From Candidatus Woesearchaeota archaeon (GTDB lineage Archaea > Nanobdellota > Nanobdellia > SCGC-AAA011-G17 > PNOQ01): 64,000 bases of DNA. The notes beneath the pieces are model-generated. The model was not told the DNA's origin. It was given only the letters and a program-made list of their open reading frames with translations, and made no database searches. The position numbers and the translations under genes were made by a program. The stretch covers positions 159,773 to 223,772 of the forward strand of contig CAYFOF010000001.1 in the NCBI GenBank assembly GCA_964344655.1, given 5' to 3'. Position 1 is the first letter of the stretch. Every line of letters begins with the position of its first letter. Below are positions 9,236-17,700 of this stretch, piece by piece.

Positions 9236-10093
9236 ATGGATAATAGATCTGAAGCTTTAAGTGTTGTTATGGAGAAAGGTCCACTACAACCATCTCAAAT
9301 TGCAACTACAGTTAATACTAATATATTATTTGCTAGTGCAATTCTTTCTGAATTAGTCGATAATAAGAAAATTAAAATTACACATGTTAAAAGAGGAGGA
9401 TCTCCTTTTTATTATGTTCAAGGTCAAGAAGAAAAATTAATGGATTTGGCGAAGTATTTATCTGGAAAAACAAAAGAGGCATATGATCTATTGAGTGAAA
9501 AATTAGTTATTAGAGATTCAAGTGCGGAACCTTGGCAAAGGGTTGCTTTGAGAGAGTTAAAAGATTTTGCTGTTCCGGTACATGTGAATTATAAAGGAGT
9601 GCAAGAAACTTTTTGGAAATGGTATTTAACTAGTAATGATGAAGCTAAAGGATTAATTAAAGATTTATTTAGTGATAAAAAAATTGAACCTAAGAAAGAG
9701 GCTCCTATAGAAAAACCAGTTATTGAAGAACCTAAAAAAGAAGAGGTTATCCAAGAAACTCTAGTTAAAAAAGAACCAATTGAGAATGGAGAGGATTTAA
9801 TTGGGAATTATTTTTCTTCAAATGAAATGTATGTTATTTCTCAAAACGTTGTTAGAAAAGGAAGAGAATTTAATTTTGTGATTGATGTTCCATCTAGAAT
9901 GGGTAAATTAAGGTATTTTGTTAAATATAAAAATAAGAAAAATATTACAGACAAGGATTTATTAGATGCTTTAGATGAGGGATCGGAAAAAGGATTGCCA
10001 GTTTTGTTTTTGAGTCAAGGAGAATTGAATAAAAAAGCTCAAAAATATATGGATGAAAATATTTCAGGAAGACTTCTTTTTAAATCTCTTTAA
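9236..10093 (+). CDS. hypothetical protein with a probable N-terminal winged-helix domain
   Basis: N-terminal about 70 aa looks wHTH-like (PSQIATTVNTNILFASAILSELVDNKKI). A Lys/Glu/Pro-rich linker follows, then a C-terminal alpha/beta domain. No confident family. Confidence 0.4.
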   Translation: MDNRSEALSVVMEKGPLQPSQIATTVNTNILFASAILSELVDNKKIKITHVKRGGSPFYYVQGQEEKLMDLAKYLSGKTKEAYDLLSEKLVIRDSSAEPWQRVALRELKDFAVPVHVNYKGVQETFWKWYLTSNDEAKGLIKDLFSDKKIEPKKEAPIEKPVIEEPKKEEVIQETLVKKEPIENGEDLIGNYFSSNEMYVISQNVVRKGREFNFVIDVPSRMGKLRYFVKYKNKKNITDKDLLDALDEGSEKGLPVLFLSQGELNKKAQKYMDENISGRLLFKSL

Positions 10094-10774
10094 TCTTATG
10101 TTTGCTATAAAGAAAAATAATAAGAAATAAAGATAATTTTTAGTTTTTTCTCCTAAATTTACACTTTCTTTTTGAACTTTCGTGGTTCTTGTTTCACAAT
10201 TTGTGTTGAATATTTCTAAAAATAGTGGAGAAATTAATTCCATTGCTTGTTTTATTTCATTTTGTGGAATTTTTGGATCTTTAGTTTCTAGCCATGCTTC
10301 CCAATCTTTTTCATTTTCTGAAGCTTTTTCTAGATTTTCTTTTAAATTGTATTCTTTTTCGATACATGAAAGTTTTGTTGATGCTTGTTTTTCAAATTTT
10401 GAGTGTAATTTTGGATCTTCTTTTGATATGTAGTGTGGTGCAACAAATGAATCAGAAATGTAATGTGAAGCTACTCCAAATGCATAACTTGCTTCTGAAT
10501 ATTCTTGTTTTTCTAAGTGTTTTTTTGTTTGGTTTAGCCAATGTAGTGTTAAGTTAAGAGATTTTGGATAGTGATGTAGTCTATTATCGTGAAAATCTTT
10601 ATCTGGGGCAATTGAACCTATTTCTAGTTGTTTTAGGTCTAGATTTCTTTGAATTTCGTAAGGAGATGAGTAATATAGTGTTTGAACTATTGATTTGTGA
10701 TTATTCCAGTCTAAAGCTACCGTATTTTGTATTAAAATTAAGAAAATAAGTAATGTTATTATTTTTTTCATCAA
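10064..10774 (-). CDS. membrane-anchored zinc-dependent phospholipase C / S1-P1 nuclease-like protein
   Basis: Signal peptide followed by DWNNHKSIV (W..H), GSIAPDKDFHDNRLHHY, FGVASHYISDSFVAPH and LHSKFE. These match the PLC-like zinc-ligand motif order. C-terminal TM plus basic tail. Confidence 0.55.
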   Translation of the reverse strand: MMKKIITLLIFLILIQNTVALDWNNHKSIVQTLYYSSPYEIQRNLDLKQLEIGSIAPDKDFHDNRLHHYPKSLNLTLHWLNQTKKHLEKQEYSEASYAFGVASHYISDSFVAPHYISKEDPKLHSKFEKQASTKLSCIEKEYNLKENLEKASENEKDWEAWLETKDPKIPQNEIKQAMELISPLFLEIFNTNCETRTTKVQKESVNLGEKTKNYLYFLLFFFIANIRLKRFKKKSS

Positions 10775-10806
10775 ATGGGGAATTTGCTTTTTTATATAAT
10801 ATTATT

Positions 10807-10827
10807 GGAAAAGTTTAAATATTGTTT
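10807..10827 (+). promoter_or_regulatory. promoter repeat copy 1 (GGAAAAGTTTAAATATTGTTT)
   Basis: The 21-nt element is identical to 11396-11416. Its TATA (TTTAAATA) starts 30 nt upstream of the ATG at 10844. Confidence 0.6.
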
Positions 10828-10843
10828 CCCATTTTATTTTGAT

Positions 10844-11395
10844 ATGCAGTTTTCTAATAATGTTTTGGTAACCTTACTTGCTTTTTCTATTATTATTTCA
10901 ACATTTGGAACTTGGACTGTTTTATCCTATATTGATTCAGATTTATTGACTGGAAAAGCTACAGATACCGCAACTACTACATTAACTGTTACTGGAGTTG
11001 CTAGTTGTACAGCAACTGATAATGCAATTGCATTTGGAACTATGGAGAGGGGAACTAGTAATGATAGTACTGTTACTGGAGATTATATAACTGTAGAAAA
11101 TGATGGGAACTCACAAATTAATATTTCTGTTTATGCTACTGCTGAATTATGGGATGGTGCAACATATCAAGCACCAAGTTCTTATTGGCAAATAAAATGT
11201 AATAATTCTGAAAGTGGAACTTGTAATAGTACTTATGGAAATATTCCTGCTGTTGATGGTAATTTGCTTGTTATTGATTTAGATTCGGCAGATTCTACTG
11301 ATTTGTTGACTGTTGGTGTTAATGTTACTATTCCTTCTGATGAAGCTTCTGGTGCAAAATCTGGAACATTAACGTTTAGTTGTATTGCTGCCTAG
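10844..11395 (+). CDS. secreted fibre-subunit candidate 1 (TasA / chaperone-usher-pilin-like beta-sandwich)
   Basis: Hydrophobic N-terminus ends in FGTWTVLSYID (compare the SipW-type signal GTWAAFND). It is followed by TTTLTVTGVASC with alternating hydrophobic residues, and ends VTIPSDEASGAKSGTLTFSC. It is a close paralog (most aligned positions identical by eye) of 11620-12177. Start taken at M24 of the ORF. Confidence 0.55.
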   Translation: MQFSNNVLVTLLAFSIIISTFGTWTVLSYIDSDLLTGKATDTATTTLTVTGVASCTATDNAIAFGTMERGTSNDSTVTGDYITVENDGNSQINISVYATAELWDGATYQAPSSYWQIKCNNSESGTCNSTYGNIPAVDGNLLVIDLDSADSTDLLTVGVNVTIPSDEASGAKSGTLTFSCIAA

Positions 11396-11416
11396 GGAAA
11401 AGTTTAAATATTGTTT
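11396..11416 (+). promoter_or_regulatory. promoter repeat copy 2 (GGAAAAGTTTAAATATTGTTT)
   Basis: Exact 21-nt copy of 10807-10827. Its TATA starts 30 nt upstream of the ATG at 11433. Confidence 0.6.
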
Positions 11417-11432
11417 ATGGTTAATTTATTAT

Positions 11433-11636
11433 ATGAAAAGAGAGGTATCTAGTCGGTTCGTTATTATTTTATTAGTTTTAGCAATTATTTTTTCTATTGG
11501 GGGAACAATGATTGTTTATGATACTGTGAAAGAGCCTAGTGGCAAAAATGTTAATTATGGATCTGGGTTTGTGACTCTGGAAGTTGCTGGAGATGTTGAT
11601 GAAATTGAGGAAGGTAAGAATGAAGTTTTCGAATAA
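11433..11636 (+). CDS. 67-aa secreted mini-protein with a SipW/TasA-type signal
   Basis: MKREVSSRFVIILLVLAIIFSIGGTMIVYDTVKE aligns without gaps to the TasA signal end GGGTWAAFNDIKS. The mature part is about 40 aa with one beta-strand-like stretch (GSGFVTLEVAG). It has its own promoter copy. Confidence 0.5.
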   Translation: MKREVSSRFVIILLVLAIIFSIGGTMIVYDTVKEPSGKNVNYGSGFVTLEVAGDVDEIEEGKNEVFE

Positions 11637-12177
11637 TACTTTGGTGGTTTTGTTATCATTAGCAATAATGGTTTCGGTTTTTGGAACTTGGGTCAGTTTG
11701 TCTTACATTGATTCTTTAGATTTGTTAACTGGTAGAGCTACGGATACTGGAACTACCTCTTTGACTGTTTCTGGTGTAACTAGTTGTACTGCTTCAGACA
11801 ATACTATTGCATTTGGGACTATGGAAAGAGGGACGAGTAATGATAGTGTTACGGTGAATGATTATATTACTATAGAAAATAATGGAAATACTCAGATAAA
11901 TGTTACTGCATATGCTACTGCAGAACTTTGGGATGATGCTACCTATCAAACAACTAGTGATTATTGGCAAGTCAGATGTAATACCTCTGAAAGTGGAACT
12001 TGTAATACTACCTATGGGAATGTTCCGGGAGCAGATGGAAATTTAATTGCTTATTTGGTTAACCCTGATGATTCAACTGATGCAATAACTGTGGGTGTTA
12101 ATGTAACTGTACCTTCTGATGAACTGTCTGGGGCGAAATCTGGAACTTTAACCTTTAATTGTGTTGTTGGTTCTTAA
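11620..12177 (+). CDS. secreted fibre-subunit candidate 2 (paralog of 10844-11395)
   Basis: MKFSNNTLVV..FGTWVSLSYID..TTSLTVSGVTSC..VTVPSDELSGAKSGTLTFNC. The start at M13 of the ORF overlaps the upstream mini-gene by 17 nt. A GAGGAAGG sequence lies upstream. Confidence 0.55.
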   Translation: MKFSNNTLVVLLSLAIMVSVFGTWVSLSYIDSLDLLTGRATDTGTTSLTVSGVTSCTASDNTIAFGTMERGTSNDSVTVNDYITIENNGNTQINVTAYATAELWDDATYQTTSDYWQVRCNTSESGTCNTTYGNVPGADGNLIAYLVNPDDSTDAITVGVNVTVPSDELSGAKSGTLTFNCVVGS

Positions 12178-12214
12178 TGATAATCTTTAAAAAGAAATCT
12201 TTCTATTTTTTATT

Positions 12215-13357
12215 ATGTTTAAAAAGGGTGTTTTATTTGGATTGATTTTTTTAATTTTTGTTAGTTCTGTATCTGCAGTTGGAATTAGCCCACCAAAATC
12301 TATTGTTTACTTTGAACCTAATGGTGTAAGGAGTATTGATTTTTATGTGGTAAATATGGGAGATATAGATAGCAGGGTTAAAATATTTTTTGATGGAGAA
12401 TTAAAAGATTTAATTGTTTGGGATGAGCAAACGGTAGATTTAAACCCTGGACAAAAGAAAGACTTCAATTTTTTGTTAAATATGCCCGGTAGTTTTGATA
12501 CTCCTGGAGACCATAGGGTTGATTTAATTGCTCAAGAAATTCCTATTGCTGAAGAAGATGATGGAACATTTATTGGGGCAGTGACTTCTGTTACTAGTCC
12601 TGTTTTTATTAGGGTTCCTTTTGATGGACCTTATTTGGGGGCAAGATTAAATGTAGATTCTTCTTCTGTTGGTCAAATTGTTAAATTGAAAATATTTTTA
12701 GAAAATTTAGGAAGCATTCCTTTGAATGATTTTCAGGGAAAAATTGATATTGTTAATGTTAAGGGAGAAACAATTAAAGAAATAACATTTGTTGAATCTT
12801 TGGGTTTGAATGAATTTAAGGAAGTTGAGTTATTATGGGATTCTTCTGGAATTGAATCTGGAGTTTATGTTGGTAAATTATTAATTGAATACAATGGAAA
12901 AACAGTAGAGAGTGAATCTGAATTTAGAATGGGAGATGTTTTTGTTAAAATTTTGGATTACCAAAAGAATTTGATTACTGGAAAAATAAATAATTACATT
13001 GTGAAAGTTGGTTCTGAATGGAATGATGTTATTGAAGATGTTTATGTGAATTTAATGATTAATGTTGGAGAGGAAGGATATAATTTTAAAAGTACGAGTT
13101 TTGATTTGGGTGCTTGGGAAGAGAGAGAAATTAAAATGTTTGTGGCTTTAGATGATGGAATTTCTAAATTGCCTGCTGGAGAGTATGATGCAACTATTGG
13201 GGTTTTCTATGAAGAATTGTCAAATAGTGAAGATTTTGTTTTACAAATAAAAGGAAATAATAGTTATTTAGTTATGTTGGGAGTTGGAGTTGTTGTGATT
13301 CTTGGTATTCTGTTTGGGCTACATATCTTTAAAAATAATAAAAGAGGTAAAAAATAG
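12215..13357 (+). CDS. membrane-anchored three-domain Ig-like protein with a PapD/FimC-like N-terminal domain pattern (B1)
   Basis: Signal peptide, then AVGISPPKSIVYFEPNG..FYVVNMGD, then PGDHRVDLIAQEIP and SPVFIRVPFDGPY. C-terminal TM plus KNNKRGKK. Paralog of 20021-21226. Confidence 0.45.
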   Translation: MFKKGVLFGLIFLIFVSSVSAVGISPPKSIVYFEPNGVRSIDFYVVNMGDIDSRVKIFFDGELKDLIVWDEQTVDLNPGQKKDFNFLLNMPGSFDTPGDHRVDLIAQEIPIAEEDDGTFIGAVTSVTSPVFIRVPFDGPYLGARLNVDSSSVGQIVKLKIFLENLGSIPLNDFQGKIDIVNVKGETIKEITFVESLGLNEFKEVELLWDSSGIESGVYVGKLLIEYNGKTVESESEFRMGDVFVKILDYQKNLITGKINNYIVKVGSEWNDVIEDVYVNLMINVGEEGYNFKSTSFDLGAWEEREIKMFVALDDGISKLPAGEYDATIGVFYEELSNSEDFVLQIKGNNSYLVMLGVGVVVILGILFGLHIFKNNKRGKK

Positions 13358-14311
13358 ATGAATAGGAATGATTTTTTAGGAGGATTATCGATTCTTGTGA
13401 TATTTGTTTCTATTATTACTCCTGCTGTTTTATATTTGCAAGTTTCTCAATATTCTGTTGGGGAGAGTGTAACTTTGGCTGCAGTTGGAACAGTGAGTTT
13501 GACTGTTGCACCTGAATGTGGAGATGCAGTTTGTGAAACTGGTGAAGATTGTTCTTCTTGTTCTGCTGATTGTGGTGTTTGTGCTCCAACTACTCCCGGC
13601 GATACTGGTGGTTCTGGGGGCGGAGGAGGAGGCGGAGGAGGCTCATCTAGCACTCCTATAAATTATCTTTATAATTTTATGGAAGAAGATCAATATTCTA
13701 ATGCATTAGACTCTGGAGATACAGTTATATTGAATTTTGATTCGGATGCACAATATACTTTTGAAATTACTAGTGTCTTGGTTGATAATCAATTGGTTTT
13801 TGAGTATGAAGGAACGGAATTTACTGTTTATTGGGATGAGGTTGCTTACTTAGATGTAGATGTAGATGGAAATGATGATTTGAAAATTAGTTTTATTAAT
13901 GAACATGTTGTTTGGACATATTTAACTAGTGAGGTTTTGCCAGAGGGTGGAGCCAAATCTCCAGTTATGAAAAAAGAGAAAGTCGCGTTTCCTTCTTTAA
14001 GGGGAGTTTCTTCTCCAGAAAGCGTATTAAGTTTGATCATTATATTTGTTGTTATGCTAATTGGGGCAGGAGTTATATTTTATTATCAGCACCATAGGTT
14101 GAAGAGAGTTGAAAAAATACAATCTAAAAAAATACCTAAATTATCAAGAGGATATAAATCTAAAGATAGTAGTAAGGAAGAAAAATCTAAGTATAAAGAA
14201 AAATTATTGAAACAAAAATCTTTGCTAAAAGAGTCTTATGAACAAGGACATGTAAGTAAAGCTTCTTATTTAAAAGGAAAAAAGAGAATTGAAAATATTT
14301 TAAAAAGATAA
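13358..14311 (+). CDS. bitopic surface protein: Cys-rich module, poly-Gly linker, beta domain, TM helix and Lys-rich cytoplasmic tail with a SHOCT-like end
   Basis: N-terminal hydrophobic segment, GTVSLTVAPECGDAVCETGEDCSSCSADCGVC, G9 run, DVDVDGNDDL domain, TM (LIIIFVVMLIGAGVIFYY), and tail ending GHVSKASYLKGKKRIENIL. Confidence 0.5.
   Translation: MNRNDFLGGLSILVIFVSIITPAVLYLQVSQYSVGESVTLAAVGTVSLTVAPECGDAVCETGEDCSSCSADCGVCAPTTPGDTGGSGGGGGGGGGSSSTPINYLYNFMEEDQYSNALDSGDTVILNFDSDAQYTFEITSVLVDNQLVFEYEGTEFTVYWDEVAYLDVDVDGNDDLKISFINEHVVWTYLTSEVLPEGGAKSPVMKKEKVAFPSLRGVSSPESVLSLIIIFVVMLIGAGVIFYYQHHRLKRVEKIQSKKIPKLSRGYKSKDSSKEEKSKYKEKLLKQKSLLKESYEQGHVSKASYLKGKKRIENILKR
13607..13642 (+). repeat. (GGN)n tract encoding GGSGGGGGGGGG
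   Basis: A GC-rich island in AT-rich DNA. It produces a spurious poly-Pro ORF on the opposite strand. Confidence 0.8.
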
Positions 14312-14351
14312 GATTTATAAATAATTAAATTAAAATATAGGTAAAGTGGTG

Positions 14352-14648
14352 ATGAAAAAGAAAAAAGCTAAACAAAATGTTTTGAGAGAAGCATTAGGTG
14401 ATTTGTCAAAAGAATTGTCTCGATTAAAAAGAGAGAAACAGTCTTTTATTAAAAAAATTGATTCTTTAGAGAAGAGTATTCAAGCTACACAATATAGGGA
14501 GAGTGCTTTGAGAGATAAAATTACTAAATTAATTGCTGCTGAATCTGAATTATCTAAGAAAAAATCTAATTCTATGAATAAGATTAACTTGATTAAAGAA
14601 AAGATAAACAAACTCAAGAAAGTTAAAGAAGAATTAAGAGATGTTTAA
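14352..14648 (+). CDS. small Lys-rich coiled-coil protein
   Basis: About 98 aa with a heptad-like charged pattern (LSKELSRLKREKQSFIKKIDSLEKSI...) and no hydrophobic segment. ATG at 14352 preferred to GTG at 14346. Confidence 0.5.
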   Translation: MKKKKAKQNVLREALGDLSKELSRLKREKQSFIKKIDSLEKSIQATQYRESALRDKITKLIAAESELSKKKSNSMNKINLIKEKINKLKKVKEELRDV

Positions 14649-14732
14649 GTGTAGGTAAACTGTTTTTTAGAAAGGTTTTTATATAAATTTCCTTATGTTT
14701 TTTGTAGGTAAACACAAAAAAGAGGGGATTGT

Positions 14733-17700
14733 TTGGTTTATAAGAAATATATTTATAGAAAGGGGAAGAAATTTGGTCCGTACTACTTCAAAAGTGTTAG
14801 AGAAAAGGATGGATCTGTTAAATCTGTTTATTTAGGAAAAAAACACCCCAACTATAATTTATTTGTTTTAATTGGAGTTATTGGAATTGCTTTATTATTA
14901 TCTTTAGTGGGTTTTGTTTCTTATAATGCATTTGTTGTTACAGATGAAATTATTTCTGAAGAAGGAATTTCTGATGTTGTTGAACAGGAAGAAGAAATTG
15001 TTGAAGAAGAAGTTTTAGAAGAATTGCCTGAAGAAGAGGTTGTTGAGGAAGAAATTGTTGAAGAACCCCCTGAAGAAGAAATTATTGAAGAATTAATTGA
15101 TGAAGGCATAATTGATATTGAAGAAGAGTCAATAAGTATTGAAAAAGAAGTTGTTGTTGAAGTAGTAAATGAAACTGAAATAAATATTTCTGAAGATGAA
15201 GTTGTTGAAGAAAATGTTACGGAAGAAAATATTAATGAATCTATTATTGAAGAAGATAGAGAAATTCAAATAAATGAAACTGAGATTAATGTAACTGAAG
15301 ACAATAAAACTTTAGTTAATATTACAGAGATTAACGAGAGTAGATCTATAAATGATTCTATTATAATAAAACCATTAAATCTTACTCAAGAAAATTATAC
15401 TTTAGAAATTGTTGAAATTGTTTCTCCAGTTAGAATTAATGAACCTGTGAAAGTTGAGAAAATAATTACAGCAGATAAGGTTGTTAGTGGAATTAATATT
15501 GATTTACCTTCTGGAGCTTCTGATATTTCTATTTTAGATACTTCTGATGAAGTTAAAATTGGTTTGGATGGAAGAAAAGTAAGAGAAGGCTCTGGAAATT
15601 TGGTTACAGGAAATGTTGCTCTTGATTTTGAAGGAAGCTCTTTCTTAGATTTTTTGAAAGATATTTTTAGATTTACTGGTTTTGTCGTTTATGAAGAAAA
15701 TAATAATGTTATTATAAAAGACCCTGTGAAAGAAGTTAAAGTTGAATATTATTTGCCTGGTCCAGTTTCTATTGAAAATGATTTGGGGAATGGATTTAAG
15801 GAGATTTTTATTTCAAGTGATATAAATTATACTAATGTTAGTGTTTATTCTAATATTGGAAATGTAGATGGCCATGTCAATGTTAGAGATTCTTTAGGAA
15901 AAGAGATTGCATACATTGGAGAAGATTTAGATGGAGATGGAAATGTTGATTATATCGAATGGATTTCTGCTACCTCTGAGAATAATTATACAGTTAGTAT
16001 TACTATTTTGAATTTCCAGAGTTTTCCAGTTGTTGGTTTAAATTGGACTGTAATGTTTAATACAACTGGCGTTGCCGATTTGAGAATTACTCCTGTGAAC
16101 GATACTACTTGGGGGATTGTGGGAGATGCTAATGATTTGATGTTTTTGGATGTTCGTTGTGGGGATACTATTATGGATTCTTATTGGGAAAATGGTTCTA
16201 TTGTTGTGAGTAATTATTCTTGTAATGAGACTGGAGTTGAATCTAGTAGAGTAAGAACTTCTGGAGGACATTATTTGGAATTTGATTTTGGTGGACAAGT
16301 TGCTCATGCTCAAAATTCTGCGGTTTGTGGACAATATCTCAATTCGGACACAACTTTGACTGGAGATTTAATTAATTGTGGAAATCCAGGATTAGGAGTT
16401 CAATTTAGTCAAGGAGATTTTACAGTTGATTGTGCGGGATTTACTATAGATGGAACTAAGACAGGATATGGGTTTTTCTTACAAAATGGACATAACGTTA
16501 CTCTGAAGAATTGTACTATAACTGAATTTGCATATGGGATTTATAGTAATGGAAATGCATATGGAAATTTAATAATTAATAATACTATCCATAATAATTC
16601 AGATCGGGGTATTATTTTAACAGATGGAGACTGGATTAATATGGAAAATAATTCTATTATTGATAATGTTATTTATGATACTGATACTGGGAATTCTGGA
16701 ATAGAAATACAACGGGGAAGAGGATATAACATTTCTGGAAATCATATTTATGATGTAGATTTGCATGGAATCTATAATTATTATGTCTATAATTCTACTG
16801 TTGCATATAATTTGATAGAGGATACTGTTAGTTCACAAGGAAGTGGAATTAGAGCATATAGGAATGAAAATGTTACATACTATGGAAATAATATTACAAA
16901 TCCTGCAGACTATGGATTGAGAATTGAGGGTACAAATAATAGTGTTTTTGATTCAAATATTATTACGGGATCCGGAGATATTGGGGTTTATTTTTATTCC
17001 GCCGCCTCTGAAAATGTATTAAAAAATAATGATATTTCTAACATGGATTCAAGTTATGGAATTTATCTTATTCATACTAATACTCAAAATAATGTTATTG
17101 CAAATAATAGTATTTATGGGAGCCCTTTAAGTGGTGTTGCTGTTGGGTTGTGGAACTCTGCTGCTGGGTCTGGAAATGTTATTGCAAATAATAGTATTTA
17201 CGAAAATACTCAAAGGGGAATTTTTACTGTTACACCCGACACTTTGATTTATAATAATGATATCTATAATAATACTATAGTTGGGATTTATGTCTATAAA
17301 GGAACCGGACCAGATTCTACTGGAACAAATATTAGTCACAATAGGATTTATGAAAACACTCAACAAGGAATTTTTACTGCTGCTGTTAGTGGGATTATAA
17401 TTGAGTATAATAATCATACAGATAATTGGGAATCTGCTGCCTATGGAGGCAACATTCAAATTGCAAATACAGATGATTCTATACTTAGGGGGAATTTAAT
17501 TAGTGGTGGAGGCCACATGGGGGTAAGAGTTTATGGAACTCATACAAATAATACATGGGATAGCAATATTATTGCAAATAATAGTCAACAGACTAGTTAT
17601 CCGGAAGTTTATTTTTGTGAATCAACTCCTAGTACTGGATGTGCAAATAACACCTGGATAGGCAATACTCTTGATTCGACTGGAGGAATAGGAAATAATG

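Noticed and set aside
10775-10843. Long N-terminal extensions suggested by the ORF track (10775, 11385, 11584, 46852, 5460, 45701 and 52768 starts)
   Set aside because: In each case a BRE/TATA-like box falls inside the extension, or the extension overlaps the upstream gene. An internal ATG then gives a canonical N-terminus (signal peptide, HTH or zinc ribbon), so the downstream starts were used.
13447-13653. Minus-strand 68-aa ORF with a striking poly-proline run (PPPPPPPPPP)
   Set aside because: It is the antisense shadow of the (GGN)n tract that encodes the poly-Gly hinge of the well-supported plus-strand gene 13358-14311. It has no start context of its own.
14650-14714. Direct repeat TGTAGGTAAAC at 14650-14660 and 14704-14714 flanking the adhesin promoter
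   Set aside because: It is only 11 nt long in AT-rich DNA and has no supporting symmetry or further copies that I noticed. It is too weak to call as an operator, but is noted here in case a motif search recovers it.
14695-14835. A roughly 46-codon ORF starting at ATG 14695, in a different frame, overlapping the start of the giant adhesin gene
   Set aside because: It is only 17 nt from the TATA-like box and out of frame with the 1763-aa ORF. Its product has no features, so it is treated as chance. The TTG at 14733 with GAGGGG upstream is retained as the start, although the exact start is uncertain.
14921-15109. Minus-strand Ser-rich 62-aa ORF and a possible tandem DNA repeat or CRISPR-like periodicity
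   Set aside because: It is antisense to the GAA-rich acidic repeat of the giant adhesin gene. The periodicity is coding low complexity (EEEIVEEE), with no repeat-spacer organisation. No CRISPR array is seen anywhere in the window.
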